Source of the DNA: an uncultured Collinsella sp.
GTDB taxonomy: Bacteria > Actinomycetota > Coriobacteriia > Coriobacteriales > Coriobacteriaceae
Assembly: GCA_902496005.1 (NCBI GenBank)
Contig: CABUZI010000001.1
Coordinates: 1 to 56,855 of the forward strand
DNA length: 56,855 nt
Direction of reading: 5' to 3'
The notes under the pieces are model-generated. The model searched no databases. It saw only the letters and a list, made by a program, of their open reading frames with translations, and was not told the origin of the DNA. The position numbers were made by a program, and so were the translations under genes. Below are positions 12,501-24,339 of this stretch, piece by piece; the stretch's first letter is position 1, and each line of letters opens with the position of its first letter.

Positions 12501-14273
12501 TCAGTCGAGCTCGTGCGCACGCGCACCTTCGAACTGCATTCGATAGTAACGGGCATAGGTGCCGCCACGGGCGAGAAGCTCCTCGTGCGTGCCACGCTCC
12601 ACAACGCGACCATGCTCAACAGTCGCAATCTCGTCGGCATGCTTAATGGTCGAGAGACGGTGGGCGATGATGATCGTGGTACGGCCGCGTGCCAGCTCTT
12701 CGAGCGACTCCTGCACCGCCTCCTCGCTCTCGTTATCCAAAGCACTCGTCGCCTCGTCCAAGATCAAGATTTTGGGGTTCTTGAGAAACACACGCGCGAT
12801 GGCAACGCGCTGCTTCTGTCCGCCCGAAAGACGGCTGCCGCGCTCGCCCACGACCGTGTCATAGCCCTGTGGAAGCGACTCGATAAAGGCATCGATGTTG
12901 GCGCGACGGGCGGCCTCGGCGATCTCTTCTGCCGTAGCGCCCGGCTTGCCGTAGGCGATGTTCTCGCCAATCGTACCGTCAAATAGATAGACATCCTGCT
13001 GCACCAGGCCGATGGCGCGGCGCAGGCTCTGCTGCGTCACATCGCGCACGTCCTGACCGTCGATGCTAATGGATCCGGTAGCCACGTCATAAAAGCGCGG
13101 CAGCAGCGAACAGGTCGTGGACTTGCCGCCGCCCGAAGGGCCAACCAAAGCGATGGTCTGCCCGGGCTTGATGGACAGGTCCATATGGTCGATAACGGGA
13201 CGCTCGTCGGCATAGCCCTCGCCCAGCTCGACATCCTCGTAGTTAAAGCACACGTCGTGATACTCCACGGCGCCGGCAGTCACCTGCAGATCCGTAGCGC
13301 CCGGCTTGTCCTGGATATCCGGCGCGGTCGAGAGCACCTCGTCCATACGTTTAAAGCCGGCGATAGCCTTCTGATACGTTTCGGCCGAATTGACGAGCGT
13401 CTCAAGCGGCGTGCAGAACAGCGAAATATAGAGTGCAAAGGTCGCCATATCGACCGCCTGCAGCTGTCCCTGGGCGACCAGCCAGCCGCCCAGCAGTACC
13501 ACGATCACATAGAGCACACCCGAGAGCAGGCCATACGTCGCGGTATAGACGCCCATGGCGTGATACATATTCTCCTTGGACGAAAGATAGCGATTGTTTG
13601 AGGCGCGGAACTTGAAGCGTTCGGTCTCCTCATTGGCAAAGCTCTTGACCACGCGCATGCCCGCCAGCGAATCCTGCAGCTGCGCATTGATGCCGCTGAT
13701 CTTTTTGCGGTTGTCGCTAAAGACCTCGCGCATGCGCATGTTCTGCCAAAACATGATGACCGCAAACGCTGCCGTCACCACGGCCATGGCGAGTGCCAGC
13801 ACCGGGGCGATGGTAAAGAGGATCACAAACGAGCCGATGATCTCGATGCCGCAGATGATGATCCACTCGGGCACGTGGTGCGCCGCCTCGCAGATATCGA
13901 ACAGGTCGTTGACCACGCGGCTCATCATGTCGCCCGAGCTGTTGCGGTCGAAGTACGCAAAGCTAAAGCGCTCATACTGGTCGAACAGGTCCTCGCGCAT
14001 TTTGGACTCCATACGCGCGCCCATCACGTGACCCCAATAGCTCACAAAATAACGGCAGGCGCAGCGGACGGCATACATCAGCACCAAGCCCACCGCGATC
14101 ATGCCGAGCGCCTGCATAATGGCAGCCTGACCCTGAGTAAACAGCCCACCGGTCAAATTGCGCAGGATAATGGGGAACGCCAGGTCAATGGCGGCAAGCA
14201 CCAGAGCACAAACAGTATCAGCAACAAAAAGCCCCATCTGGGGCTTGTAATACGAAAGAAACCTCTTCAGCAT
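12501..14273 (-). CDS. ABC exporter, fused permease/ATP-binding protein
   Basis: N-terminal TM domain, GPSGGGKST, LSGGQKQR, ILDEATSALD, IAHRLST. Confidence 0.95.
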   Translation of the reverse strand: MLKRFLSYYKPQMGLFVADTVCALVLAAIDLAFPIILRNLTGGLFTQGQAAIMQALGMIAVGLVLMYAVRCACRYFVSYWGHVMGARMESKMREDLFDQYERFSFAYFDRNSSGDMMSRVVNDLFDICEAAHHVPEWIIICGIEIIGSFVILFTIAPVLALAMAVVTAAFAVIMFWQNMRMREVFSDNRKKISGINAQLQDSLAGMRVVKSFANEETERFKFRASNNRYLSSKENMYHAMGVYTATYGLLSGVLYVIVVLLGGWLVAQGQLQAVDMATFALYISLFCTPLETLVNSAETYQKAIAGFKRMDEVLSTAPDIQDKPGATDLQVTAGAVEYHDVCFNYEDVELGEGYADERPVIDHMDLSIKPGQTIALVGPSGGGKSTTCSLLPRFYDVATGSISIDGQDVRDVTQQSLRRAIGLVQQDVYLFDGTIGENIAYGKPGATAEEIAEAARRANIDAFIESLPQGYDTVVGERGSRLSGGQKQRVAIARVFLKNPKILILDEATSALDNESEEAVQESLEELARGRTTIIIAHRLSTIKHADEIATVEHGRVVERGTHEELLARGGTYARYYRMQFEGARAHELD

Positions 14274-14355
14274 GTGATCCTCAAAGAAATATCAGCAACG
14301 TAAGGCCCTGGAACAAAGCAATCAGTAGTACTTGTCCCAGGGCTATCCCCACTCG

Positions 14356-15060
14356 TTAAAGCTCCGTGCCCCCAAGGCGGTGTGCGATGCTGTCGCAGGC
14401 AAGCGCGCCTACGACGGTCTTGGCGTCTTCGATCTTGCCGTCGAGTACGGCGTCGATCAGCTCGTGCAGCGGCACCAGGTCCACGTTGACAAACTCATCA
14501 TCATCGGGGTTGGGCGCATCAAACTCGAGCTTGGTAGCCAAGTAGATGTGGATAATCTCATCGCAAAAACCGCAGGACGTGACAATCGACGTCAAAAAGC
14601 GAATACGACCAGCCCTAAAGCCCGTCTCCTCATGCAGTTCGCGCTTGGCGCAATCGAGCGGGTCCTCGCCTGGATCGAGCTTGCCGGCAGGAATCTCGAC
14701 CGTCACGCGGTCGATAGCGGTGCGGTACTGACGCACCAGTACGATCTTGCCGCTCTCGGTCAGTGCCACAACGGCCGCCGCACCCGGATGGCGAACGATA
14801 TCGCGGGCGCTGCGGTGACCGTTGGGCAGCTCAACCTCAAGACGGTGGACGTCGAGGATCTTGCCCTTCCAGGCACACTCCTCCGAAAGAATCTTCTCGT
14901 GCAGCTCGGCATCGTGCGGGTCGTCGTCGCCCAGCACCAGCGCCGGCTCGTCAGCGACCTCGCCACCAGGCTCGCCCTCGGCGTGCCCATACATGCGGCT
15001 GTCCTCTTCGACGATCTGCGCGTCCACGAGCTCTTCGTTCTTCTCGTCCATCCGTCTCAT
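14356..15060 (-). CDS. Nudix hydrolase (ADP-ribose pyrophosphatase-like); start may be 15051
   Basis: Nudix box GKLDPGEDPLDCAKRELHEETG; VRQYR; IEDAKT. Confidence 0.9.
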   Translation of the reverse strand: MRRMDEKNEELVDAQIVEEDSRMYGHAEGEPGGEVADEPALVLGDDDPHDAELHEKILSEECAWKGKILDVHRLEVELPNGHRSARDIVRHPGAAAVVALTESGKIVLVRQYRTAIDRVTVEIPAGKLDPGEDPLDCAKRELHEETGFRAGRIRFLTSIVTSCGFCDEIIHIYLATKLEFDAPNPDDDEFVNVDLVPLHELIDAVLDGKIEDAKTVVGALACDSIAHRLGGTEL

Positions 15061-15072
15061 TCCTCTCGGATT

Positions 15073-16377
<1,305 letters not shown>

Positions 16378-16495
16378 GGGTGCCTCCTCTATGGATGAAT
16401 GGCCCGCTCCGCGCGAGCCCTTTGCAAGCAAATATACCCCTCGGCCGCCCGTCCGGGCTGCAAAGGGGTATATCGCAATAACCAAATAGTCCCGA

Positions 16496-17791
<1,296 letters not shown>

Positions 17792-17873
17792 TCACATTCA
17801 TGGACTGTCCGCACACCGCAAGCGCGCAGAAGCACAAAACATTCCCAGTATACCCGTGCAACGGGCGCCTGTC

Positions 17874-19265
17874 CTACTCCTCGGTATGCGCCCCATCAAG
17901 CTCATAGAACTTGGTGGATGCCGGCAGGAACATCAGGTCGACGTCGCCGATCGGGCCCGAACGGTTCTTAGCCACGACGATACGCGTAACGCCCTCGTCG
18001 GGTCGGTCGTCGCGCGAGGCTTCGGCCTCGTCGGCGGATCGGTCCAAGAACATGACAATATCGGCGTCCTGCTCGATGGAGCCCGATTCACGCAGGTCGG
18101 ACAGCTGCGGGCGCTTGCCGGTACGGGATTCAACCTGACGCGACAGCTGCGACAGCGCGATCAGCGGAATCTTGAGCTCCTTGGCCATGATCTTTAAACC
18201 ACGCGACATCTCGGAGACCTCGACGGTGCGGCTCTCGGAACGACGCCCCGGCGGGGGGCTCACCAGCTGCAAGTAGTCCAGGATGATGATGGCCTTCTCC
18301 TTGTTATGGAGCATGCGGCGGCTCTTGGCGCGAATCTCGGTCACCGTGGTGCCGGGCGTATCGTCAATCAGAATATCGAGCTTGGACAGCGTCTGCGTGG
18401 CCTCATTGATGTTGGCCCACTGCTCGGGACTAATGCGGCCCGTACGGAAATCGCTGATCGAGATCATGGCATAGGCGCAAATCAGACGCTGGGCAATTTC
18501 CTTGCCCGACATCTCCAGCGAGAAGAAGCCGACGGTATAGCCCGCAGCGGCGGCATTGAGCGCCAAGTTCAGGGCGAACGACGTCTTACCCACGGCGGGG
18601 CGGGCGCCGATAATGATGAGCTGGCCCTCGCGGAAGCCCATGAGCATGCGGTCGAGCGACGGGAAGCCCGTGGGCACGCCTGCAGCCTGACCGCCGGCCT
18701 TGCACACTTCCTCGGCCTCGTTATAGGCCTCGACCATAAACTCGGTCAGCGTCTTGTAGCTCGACTTAACCTCACGCGCCGTGACCTTGAGCAGCTTGCT
18801 CTCGGCCAGCTCCACGACTTCCTTGGTGTCGGTGGGTGCGTTGTAGGCCAGCGCGTTGATCTCGTTGGTGGCGCCAATCAGCTCGCGCAGCATCGAGTCG
18901 CGACGAACGATGGCGGCATGGTGCTGCCAGTTAACGAGCGACAGGGTCTGACCCATCAGCTCCAAAATGTACGCCTCGCCGCCCACGGCATCGAGCTTGT
19001 TGATGCTTCTCAGGTAATCGATCAGCGAGATGGAGTCGATGGGGATGCGACTGTTGTACATATCGACCATCGCGGTATATATGGTCTTATGAATGGGCCG
19101 GTAGAAGTCATCGGGCTGCAGCTCGACCTGGGCCTCTTCGACCACCTCGGGCGATAGCAGCATAGCGGCCAGTACGTTGGCCTCTGCATCTTGGTTTTGG
19201 GGGAGACCCAACTTGGAGCCACGGTCCTCGACCGTCAGCCCCGTCTCCCTATCGTCATATGCCAT
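17874..19265 (-). CDS. dnaB: replicative DNA helicase
   Basis: GARPAVGKT, FFSLEM, DYLQL, LSQLSR, DLRESGSIEQDAD, KNRSGP. Confidence 0.97.
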   Translation of the reverse strand: MAYDDRETGLTVEDRGSKLGLPQNQDAEANVLAAMLLSPEVVEEAQVELQPDDFYRPIHKTIYTAMVDMYNSRIPIDSISLIDYLRSINKLDAVGGEAYILELMGQTLSLVNWQHHAAIVRRDSMLRELIGATNEINALAYNAPTDTKEVVELAESKLLKVTAREVKSSYKTLTEFMVEAYNEAEEVCKAGGQAAGVPTGFPSLDRMLMGFREGQLIIIGARPAVGKTSFALNLALNAAAAGYTVGFFSLEMSGKEIAQRLICAYAMISISDFRTGRISPEQWANINEATQTLSKLDILIDDTPGTTVTEIRAKSRRMLHNKEKAIIILDYLQLVSPPPGRRSESRTVEVSEMSRGLKIMAKELKIPLIALSQLSRQVESRTGKRPQLSDLRESGSIEQDADIVMFLDRSADEAEASRDDRPDEGVTRIVVAKNRSGPIGDVDLMFLPASTKFYELDGAHTEE

Positions 19266-19421
19266 GAGCATCCTCATTCATATCGCTTGCGAGCATCCAT
19301 AGTATCAGCCACGGCTATAAATCGAGCCGCGCCTTGGCAATCATCACCGAACCAAACGGATGAACGGTCCCATACACGGGGCCGCATCTCGATGACCGCC
19401 ACGACACTCGCCCAGCGCAAA

Positions 19422-19459
19422 AAAATAAAAGGGCGCCCCGGTCTCCCAGAGCGCCCTTC
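19422..19459 (-). terminator. intrinsic terminator of the rpsF-rplI operon
   Basis: AAGGGCGC...GCGCCCTT stem followed by a long T-tract on the minus strand. Confidence 0.7.
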
Positions 19460-19490
19460 TTAGAACAAGATTGTTGCGTTGCAGCAAATG

Positions 19491-20030
19491 CTACTCGGCA
19501 GCAGCCTCGGTCTCGACCTCGGCGGTCTCGGCCTCGGCGACCTCAGCGGTCTCCTCAACCTCAGCCTCGGCAGCGAGCTCCTCGGCGGTAACGCCAACGA
19601 GAACGACAACCTCGGCCTTGATCTCGCGGTACAGCGAGATAGCAACGGTGTGGGCACCGGCAACCTTGATGGGCTTACCGAGCTCGACGCGCTTACGGTC
19701 GATGTCCATACCGAGCTGATCCTTGATGGCGTCAGCAATCATAGCGGCAGTAACGGAGCCAAAGAGGATGCCCTCGTCGCCAACTTTGACGTCAACGGTG
19801 ACCTGTTTGCCCTCGAGGGCAGCCTTGGTCTCGTTGGCGGTAGCCAGACGGACGGCCTCGCGCTTGGCGATGTTGTTGCGACGCTCGTCAAGCTGCTTGA
19901 GGTTGCCCTTGGTGGCGGCAACAGCGAGCTTCTTGGGGAACAGGAAGTTCTCAGCGTAACCCTGAGCGACCTCTACGACGTCACCCTCGCCGCCCTTGCC
20001 CTTGATCTCATCGAGAAGAATAACCTTCAT
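19491..20030 (-). CDS. rplI: 50S ribosomal protein L9
   Basis: MKVILL...GDVVEVAQGYAENFL; LFGSVT; acidic tail. Confidence 0.97.
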   Translation of the reverse strand: MKVILLDEIKGKGGEGDVVEVAQGYAENFLFPKKLAVAATKGNLKQLDERRNNIAKREAVRLATANETKAALEGKQVTVDVKVGDEGILFGSVTAAMIADAIKDQLGMDIDRKRVELGKPIKVAGAHTVAISLYREIKAEVVVLVGVTAEELAAEAEVEETAEVAEAETAEVETEAAAE

Positions 20031-20045
20031 GATGCGTCTCCCTTC

Positions 20046-20312
20046 TTAGCCGCGGTCGCGGTTGCCACGAGAGGAAACCACGGGGACGGTGTACGGCAGG
20101 AGAGCCATCTCGCGGGCGCGCTTGATGGCGTTGGCGATGTCATGCTGATGCTGCGTGCAAGCGCCAGTGACGCGACGGGGCTTGATCTTGCCACGATCGG
20201 TCATGTACTTACGGAGAAGCTGAGTGTCCTTATAGTCGATGAACTCAGTGTTCTCCTTGCAGAACTGGCAGTACTTACGACGCGGCTGACGTGCAGAATA
20301 ATCATTAGCCAT
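20046..20312 (-). CDS. rpsR: 30S ribosomal protein S18 (Zn-binding Cys form)
   Basis: [29 protein letters not shown]. Confidence 0.97.
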   Translation of the reverse strand: MANDYSARQPRRKYCQFCKENTEFIDYKDTQLLRKYMTDRGKIKPRRVTGACTQHQHDIANAIKRAREMALLPYTVPVVSSRGNRDRG

Positions 20313-20384
20313 GTCAAAATACCTTTCATTTGGCAACTTCGGCGAGCCGAAGCCGCCTCTCACTCAAAAATAGGCGAACAACCC

Positions 20385-20837
20385 TTAGAACGGGATGTCC
20401 TCATCGTAGACGTCGACCGCGGGCGGCGTAGCCACCGGTGCGGCAGGACGTGCTGCGGGCTCGGGAGCTGCGGGGGCGTAACCGCCCTGATCGTAGCCAC
20501 CCTGGCCACCACGGGAGCTCATAAACTCGATTTCATCAACGATGACCTCAAGCTTGCTCCTGCGCTGACCGTCGCGCTCCCAAGAGCTGTAGCGCAGCTT
20601 GCCCTCGATCGCGACCTTGTTTCCCTTTGCCAGGAAACGGCTCACGGCCTCGGCGCGGGTGCCGAACATAGTGCAGTCGACAAAGTTGGGATAGTCCTCC
20701 CACTCGCCAGTCTGCGCGTTGCGGCGACGATCGTTCACGGCGACGCCAAAGGACAGAACCTGGGTTCCGCCGGCGGTGGCGCGCAGCTCGGGATCACGGG
20801 TGAGGTTACCGGTGATGTTCACTCGATTGATGCTCAT
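20385..20837 (-). CDS. ssb: single-stranded DNA-binding protein
   Basis: NRVNITGNLTRDPE; C-terminal DEDIPF. Confidence 0.98.
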   Translation of the reverse strand: MSINRVNITGNLTRDPELRATAGGTQVLSFGVAVNDRRRNAQTGEWEDYPNFVDCTMFGTRAEAVSRFLAKGNKVAIEGKLRYSSWERDGQRRSKLEVIVDEIEFMSSRGGQGGYDQGGYAPAAPEPAARPAAPVATPPAVDVYDEDIPF

Positions 20838-20885
20838 AACTCACTACTTCCTCTTGGGGCACAAGCCCAGTCCAAAACGACAGTC

Positions 20886-21179
20886 TTACTCCTGGTCGTC
20901 GCGACGGACGATCATGTGGCGGACCACAGCGTCGGTGATGCGCAGGACGCGATCAAGCTCGGCGATCTGGGTAGGATCTGCGTGGAAGTTGATGAGGGTG
21001 TAGTCACCATCGGTGAGGTCGTTGATCTCGTAGGCGAGCTTGCGCTTGCCCCACTCGTCAACGGAGTCGACCTTGCCAGCGCCCTCAGCGATCGTGGTAT
21101 CGATACGCTTCATAACAGCGAGACGAGTCTCGGGGTCGAGCGACGGGTCAACAAAGAACAGCAGTTCATAAGCCTTCAT
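20886..21179 (-). CDS. rpsF: 30S ribosomal protein S6
   Basis: MKAYE..., WGKRKLAYEI, VVRHMIV. Confidence 0.97.
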   Translation of the reverse strand: MKAYELLFFVDPSLDPETRLAVMKRIDTTIAEGAGKVDSVDEWGKRKLAYEINDLTDGDYTLINFHADPTQIAELDRVLRITDAVVRHMIVRRDDQE

Positions 21180-21245
21180 ATTGTCACCTCCTCTGGGCAA
21201 ATGTGGCTTCAGGTCGTGAAGGTGCGCCTGAAGCAGGAAAAGACT
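21180..21245 (-). promoter_or_regulatory. putative S6:S18 autoregulatory leader
   Basis: Minus strand TCCTGCTTCAGG...CCTGAAGC hairpin, then GCCC just before the GGAGG SD; position matches the known S6:S18 leader. Confidence 0.5.
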
Positions 21246-21640
21246 TGGTAATAATATCTTTCAACCTCCCAGGCTGCAAGAATAAGCAGCTACAACCTCA
21301 TGACCTCCACATATGTCCATGCTTACATGGCTTTTCATGCGTATTCCAACCAAATGCTGACCAAGAGCTTGACGGATTCGATAGCAAGATACGCCGCGGC
21401 GAGGCAAACCAAATCAAACCGCAGGTCGCCGATTGCAGGGTTGTGGTCGCAAAATGCATACCACCGGTTCGATCGATTGCTTCAAAATTTTAAAATTCGC
21501 CGCCACGTCATTCATGAATACCTATTTTGAACAGGTCATCGAGCGCGATTTTGCTGGTCAGGATGCTTTTTTGGTACTTATCCGGCACATGCCGGATACG
21601 GCCGCGGAGCGAGCGGTTTAAAAAATGCCAAGTTTTCTGT

Positions 21641-21668
21641 TTGCACTTTTCGATTCCTCGTGTATACT
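21641..21668 (+). promoter_or_regulatory. sigma70-type promoter for the tRNA-Ser pair
   Basis: TTGCAC-16 nt-TATACT, 16 nt upstream of the tRNA. Confidence 0.55.
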
Positions 21669-21684
21669 GACTTTCGCATTTAAC

Positions 21685-21775
21685 GGAGAGTTGTCCGAGT
21701 GGCCGAAGGAGCACGATTGGAAATCGTGTAGGCGTCAAAAGCGTCTCCAGGGTTCAAATCCCTGACTCTCCGCCA
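21685..21775 (+). tRNA. tRNA-Ser(GGA)
   Basis: Cloverleaf with long variable arm; anticodon arm CACGA-TTGGAAA-TCGTG; GGTTCAAATCC; encoded CCA. Confidence 0.95.
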
Positions 21776-21823
21776 GTTAATTCCAAAGCAGGCCTTAGAG
21801 CCTGCTTTGTTTTTACCCCACGC

Positions 21824-21914
21824 GGAGGGGTGGCAGAGTGGTTGAATGCGGCGGTCTCGAAAACCGTTTGGCCTGTATAAGGTCACGAGGGTTCGAATCC
21901 CTCCTCCTCCGCCA
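21824..21914 (+). tRNA. tRNA-Ser(CGA)
   Basis: Anticodon arm GCGGT-CTCGAAA-ACCGT; long variable arm; GGTTCGAATCC; CCA. Confidence 0.95.
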
Positions 21915-21926
21915 TTTAGATTGAGA

Positions 21927-21952
21927 AAGCTCCCAGGAAAGGGAGCTTTTTT
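21927..21952 (+). terminator. intrinsic terminator after the tRNA-Ser genes
   Basis: AAAGCTCCC-AGGAAA-GGGAGCTTTTTT. Confidence 0.8.
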
Positions 21953-21979
21953 GTTATCGAGTCATGTTCAAGCAAATAC

Positions 21980-22128
21980 GGCGGAGGAGGAGGGATTCGA
22001 ACCCGCCAGGGCGCGGAGCGTAAAGAAAACGCGCCAGCGGCGCGTTTTTAGCGCAGCGCGATCGGCGTAAGCCGATCGAATAAATTTTGAGCTCCGCTCA
22101 AAATTTGGACATCCCTCCTATTCAGCCA
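21980..22128. repeat. tRNA-3'-end-derived hairpin element
   Basis: 21980-22004 is the exact reverse complement of tRNA nt 21889-21913; three internal hairpins; degenerate direct tRNA 3' end ATCCCTCCTATTCAGCCA at 22111-22128. Confidence 0.75.
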
Positions 22129-22161
22129 CGCCCCCATCGCGTTCGATCCCAGCCCATATCT

Positions 22162-22228
22162 CAAACATGTACACCACCCTCCAAAGATGTCAAAAAATGT
22201 CGTTTTTGGAGTGTGATGTACACATTTG
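22162..22228 (+). repeat. 67-bp self-palindromic repeat, left copy
   Basis: 58/67 identical to the reverse complement of 23363-23429 by manual alignment. Confidence 0.85.
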
Positions 22229-22332
22229 CATATGACGCGCACCGAGCATGAGTCGATTTGCCCTTATCCGGTATATTTCCCCACCTCAACGGACATAAGA
22301 GCTTGGTGTCAGCTCGAAGCGAGAGGTCCCCA

Positions 22333-23340
22333 ATGGATACTCCTGTTCTCATTTCGCATAAAACGGCGTGGCTCGTCCATCATGCACCGCGGAACCTGGT
22401 TCAAGCCGTCGCACAACGCGACTACCAGATAGGTGTGCGGGGCCTCTCTACCCAGCAACGCATCGCGCGCATTCGGCAGGCACTTACCGACTGCGGCATT
22501 CCGTCCACCATGCTCAAGACTATCGACATCTCCGTAGTATTTGCTTTCGAGCGAATTCGCACCAACGGTGTCACTTGCCACGTTCTCGGCCAAAACCTAC
22601 CCTACGAGCATATTGACGAGTTGACGCCCGGCATCTTTATCACCGACGAAGCCTTCACCTTCGTGCTCGCTGCCGAATGGATGGATAGGATCGAATACCT
22701 CGAGTATGGTTACGAAGTTTGCGGCGACTATCGCATGGGGCTCAATTCCTCTGACCCTTACACCGAGCAACCAGCCACCACCTCCAAGGACGAAATTGTC
22801 GAGCTGCTCGATCGGCACCCCGGCAAACCCGGCGCCACACGCGCCAGACTCGCGCTCAGACACATCTACGACCACTCAGCCTCGCCCATGGAAACCGCAT
22901 CGTCCATCGCCCTCTCGCTCCCTACAAGCGAAGGCGGCATTGGTATCCGAGGTATCGAACTCAACAAACCGCTCGAAATCCCTCAACGTCTCTGGCATTG
23001 CACAAAGGCCCGAACGCTCAAAATCGATGCCCTCATTACCTATAAGCGCAGAGAACTCAGCATCGAATATAAGGGCGGCTTTCACGATGAGGTCGAACGC
23101 AAGGGAGCGGACGCGGAACGAGAGGCCGTACTCGCCCAAATGGGATATCGAATCGTTACGCTCACCTCGGCACAGTTCGCAAGTCAACTTGCCTTTCACC
23201 GCGCCATGAACAGCATTCGCGAAGCACTCGGTATGCCCCGCTGCACGGACGCCGAGTACCAGCGAAAGCAGAACGAACTGCGCAAGGCACTTATCCGCAA
23301 CTGGAAGCGCGCGCAGGGCGAAGACACGCCTTCCGAGTAG
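22333..23340 (+). CDS. AbiEi/DUF559-like protein with C-terminal PD-(D/E)xK (Vsr-like) nuclease domain
   Basis: GAGAGG RBS; HPG.PG..RAR.AL, SASPMET, KIDAL...IEYKGGFH, GYRIVTLT motifs typical of actinobacterial DUF559-like proteins. Confidence 0.65.
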   Translation: MDTPVLISHKTAWLVHHAPRNLVQAVAQRDYQIGVRGLSTQQRIARIRQALTDCGIPSTMLKTIDISVVFAFERIRTNGVTCHVLGQNLPYEHIDELTPGIFITDEAFTFVLAAEWMDRIEYLEYGYEVCGDYRMGLNSSDPYTEQPATTSKDEIVELLDRHPGKPGATRARLALRHIYDHSASPMETASSIALSLPTSEGGIGIRGIELNKPLEIPQRLWHCTKARTLKIDALITYKRRELSIEYKGGFHDEVERKGADAEREAVLAQMGYRIVTLTSAQFASQLAFHRAMNSIREALGMPRCTDAEYQRKQNELRKALIRNWKRAQGEDTPSE

Positions 23341-23362
23341 CGTCATCCCAGCGCGCCACACC

Positions 23363-23429
23363 AAAACATGTGCATCACCCTCCAAAACCGACATTTTTTG
23401 ACATCTTTGGAGGCTGATGTACACGTTTG
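23363..23429 (-). repeat. 67-bp self-palindromic repeat, right copy (inverted)
   Basis: Inverted copy of 22162-22228, starting 22 bp after the stop codon. Confidence 0.85.
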
Positions 23430-23543
23430 GTGTCTACGCCCGCATCCAGTCCCGACCGTTTACCGAGCAATAGGGTCGCCACGCCCGCCAACCATGTACT
23501 ATGTACGGGCATTGTCTAAACCCACAATCAGAAGGACCCCATC

Positions 23544-24233
23544 TTGCCCGTCGTCGCCGCTATGACCGTTACCGCACACGCCTCGGATGCCATGGTCGCT
23601 ATCCCCTTTTGGCTCGAGATGTTCGCTGTTGTCGCGGCGTCGATCTCGGGCGTTCTGGTCGCGCGCGAGCACAAGCTCGACCTGGTGGGCGCCGTCGCGC
23701 TCGCCGTGGTTTGCGGCCTGGGCGGCGGTCTTTTGCGCGATATGACGCTGCAGGTGGGCAACGTCTACATCCTCAACCAGCCGATGGCGCTCCCGCTCTC
23801 CATTGCCACGGCAGCCATCATCTACATTTTCCCGGCAATCGTCGACAAACCCGAAAAACTCATCCCCCTGCTCGACATTATCTCGGTCGGCATCTATGCC
23901 GCCACCGGAGCAGACAAGGCGCTGGTCTACGGCTTTGCGCCGGCGGTGTGCATCATGATGGGCTTTTTTACCGCGGTGGGCGGTGGCATGTTGCGCGACA
24001 GCTTTATGGGCGTGGTGCCGGGCATTTTCCAGCGCACCAACTTCTATGCCATCGCAGCCATTGCCGGCTCGGCAAGCTATGTATGCCTTGTCATGAGCGG
24101 CGTCGTCAGCAACATCACTGCGTTGATCGTATGCGTTGCGATAACTATGGGGCTACGTTGGCTGTCACTGCGCTTTGACATCAAAAGCCCCACCGAGGAA
24201 GACATCGCCCGCTTTTTGCACCGTAAAAAGTAG
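23544..24233 (+). CDS. trimeric intracellular cation channel (UPF0126/YadS) family membrane protein
   Basis: Duplicated GLGGGLLRD / AVGGGMLRD motifs; about 7 TM helices. Confidence 0.88.
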   Translation: MPVVAAMTVTAHASDAMVAIPFWLEMFAVVAASISGVLVAREHKLDLVGAVALAVVCGLGGGLLRDMTLQVGNVYILNQPMALPLSIATAAIIYIFPAIVDKPEKLIPLLDIISVGIYAATGADKALVYGFAPAVCIMMGFFTAVGGGMLRDSFMGVVPGIFQRTNFYAIAAIAGSASYVCLVMSGVVSNITALIVCVAITMGLRWLSLRFDIKSPTEEDIARFLHRKK

Positions 24234-24339
24234 ATTGCGCGGCCTCATCCTTCGAAATGCAACCGAGAGGCTCTTTTAGAGCGCCCACGCGTTGGGTACC
24301 CTGTTAGGTGCATATCGAGCATCTGACGAAGGATTCACT

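Noticed and set aside
21250..21625. Short ORFs in the lower-GC gap between rpsF and tRNA-Ser
   Set aside because: No clear RBS or family motif and overlapping alternative frames; cannot be supported.
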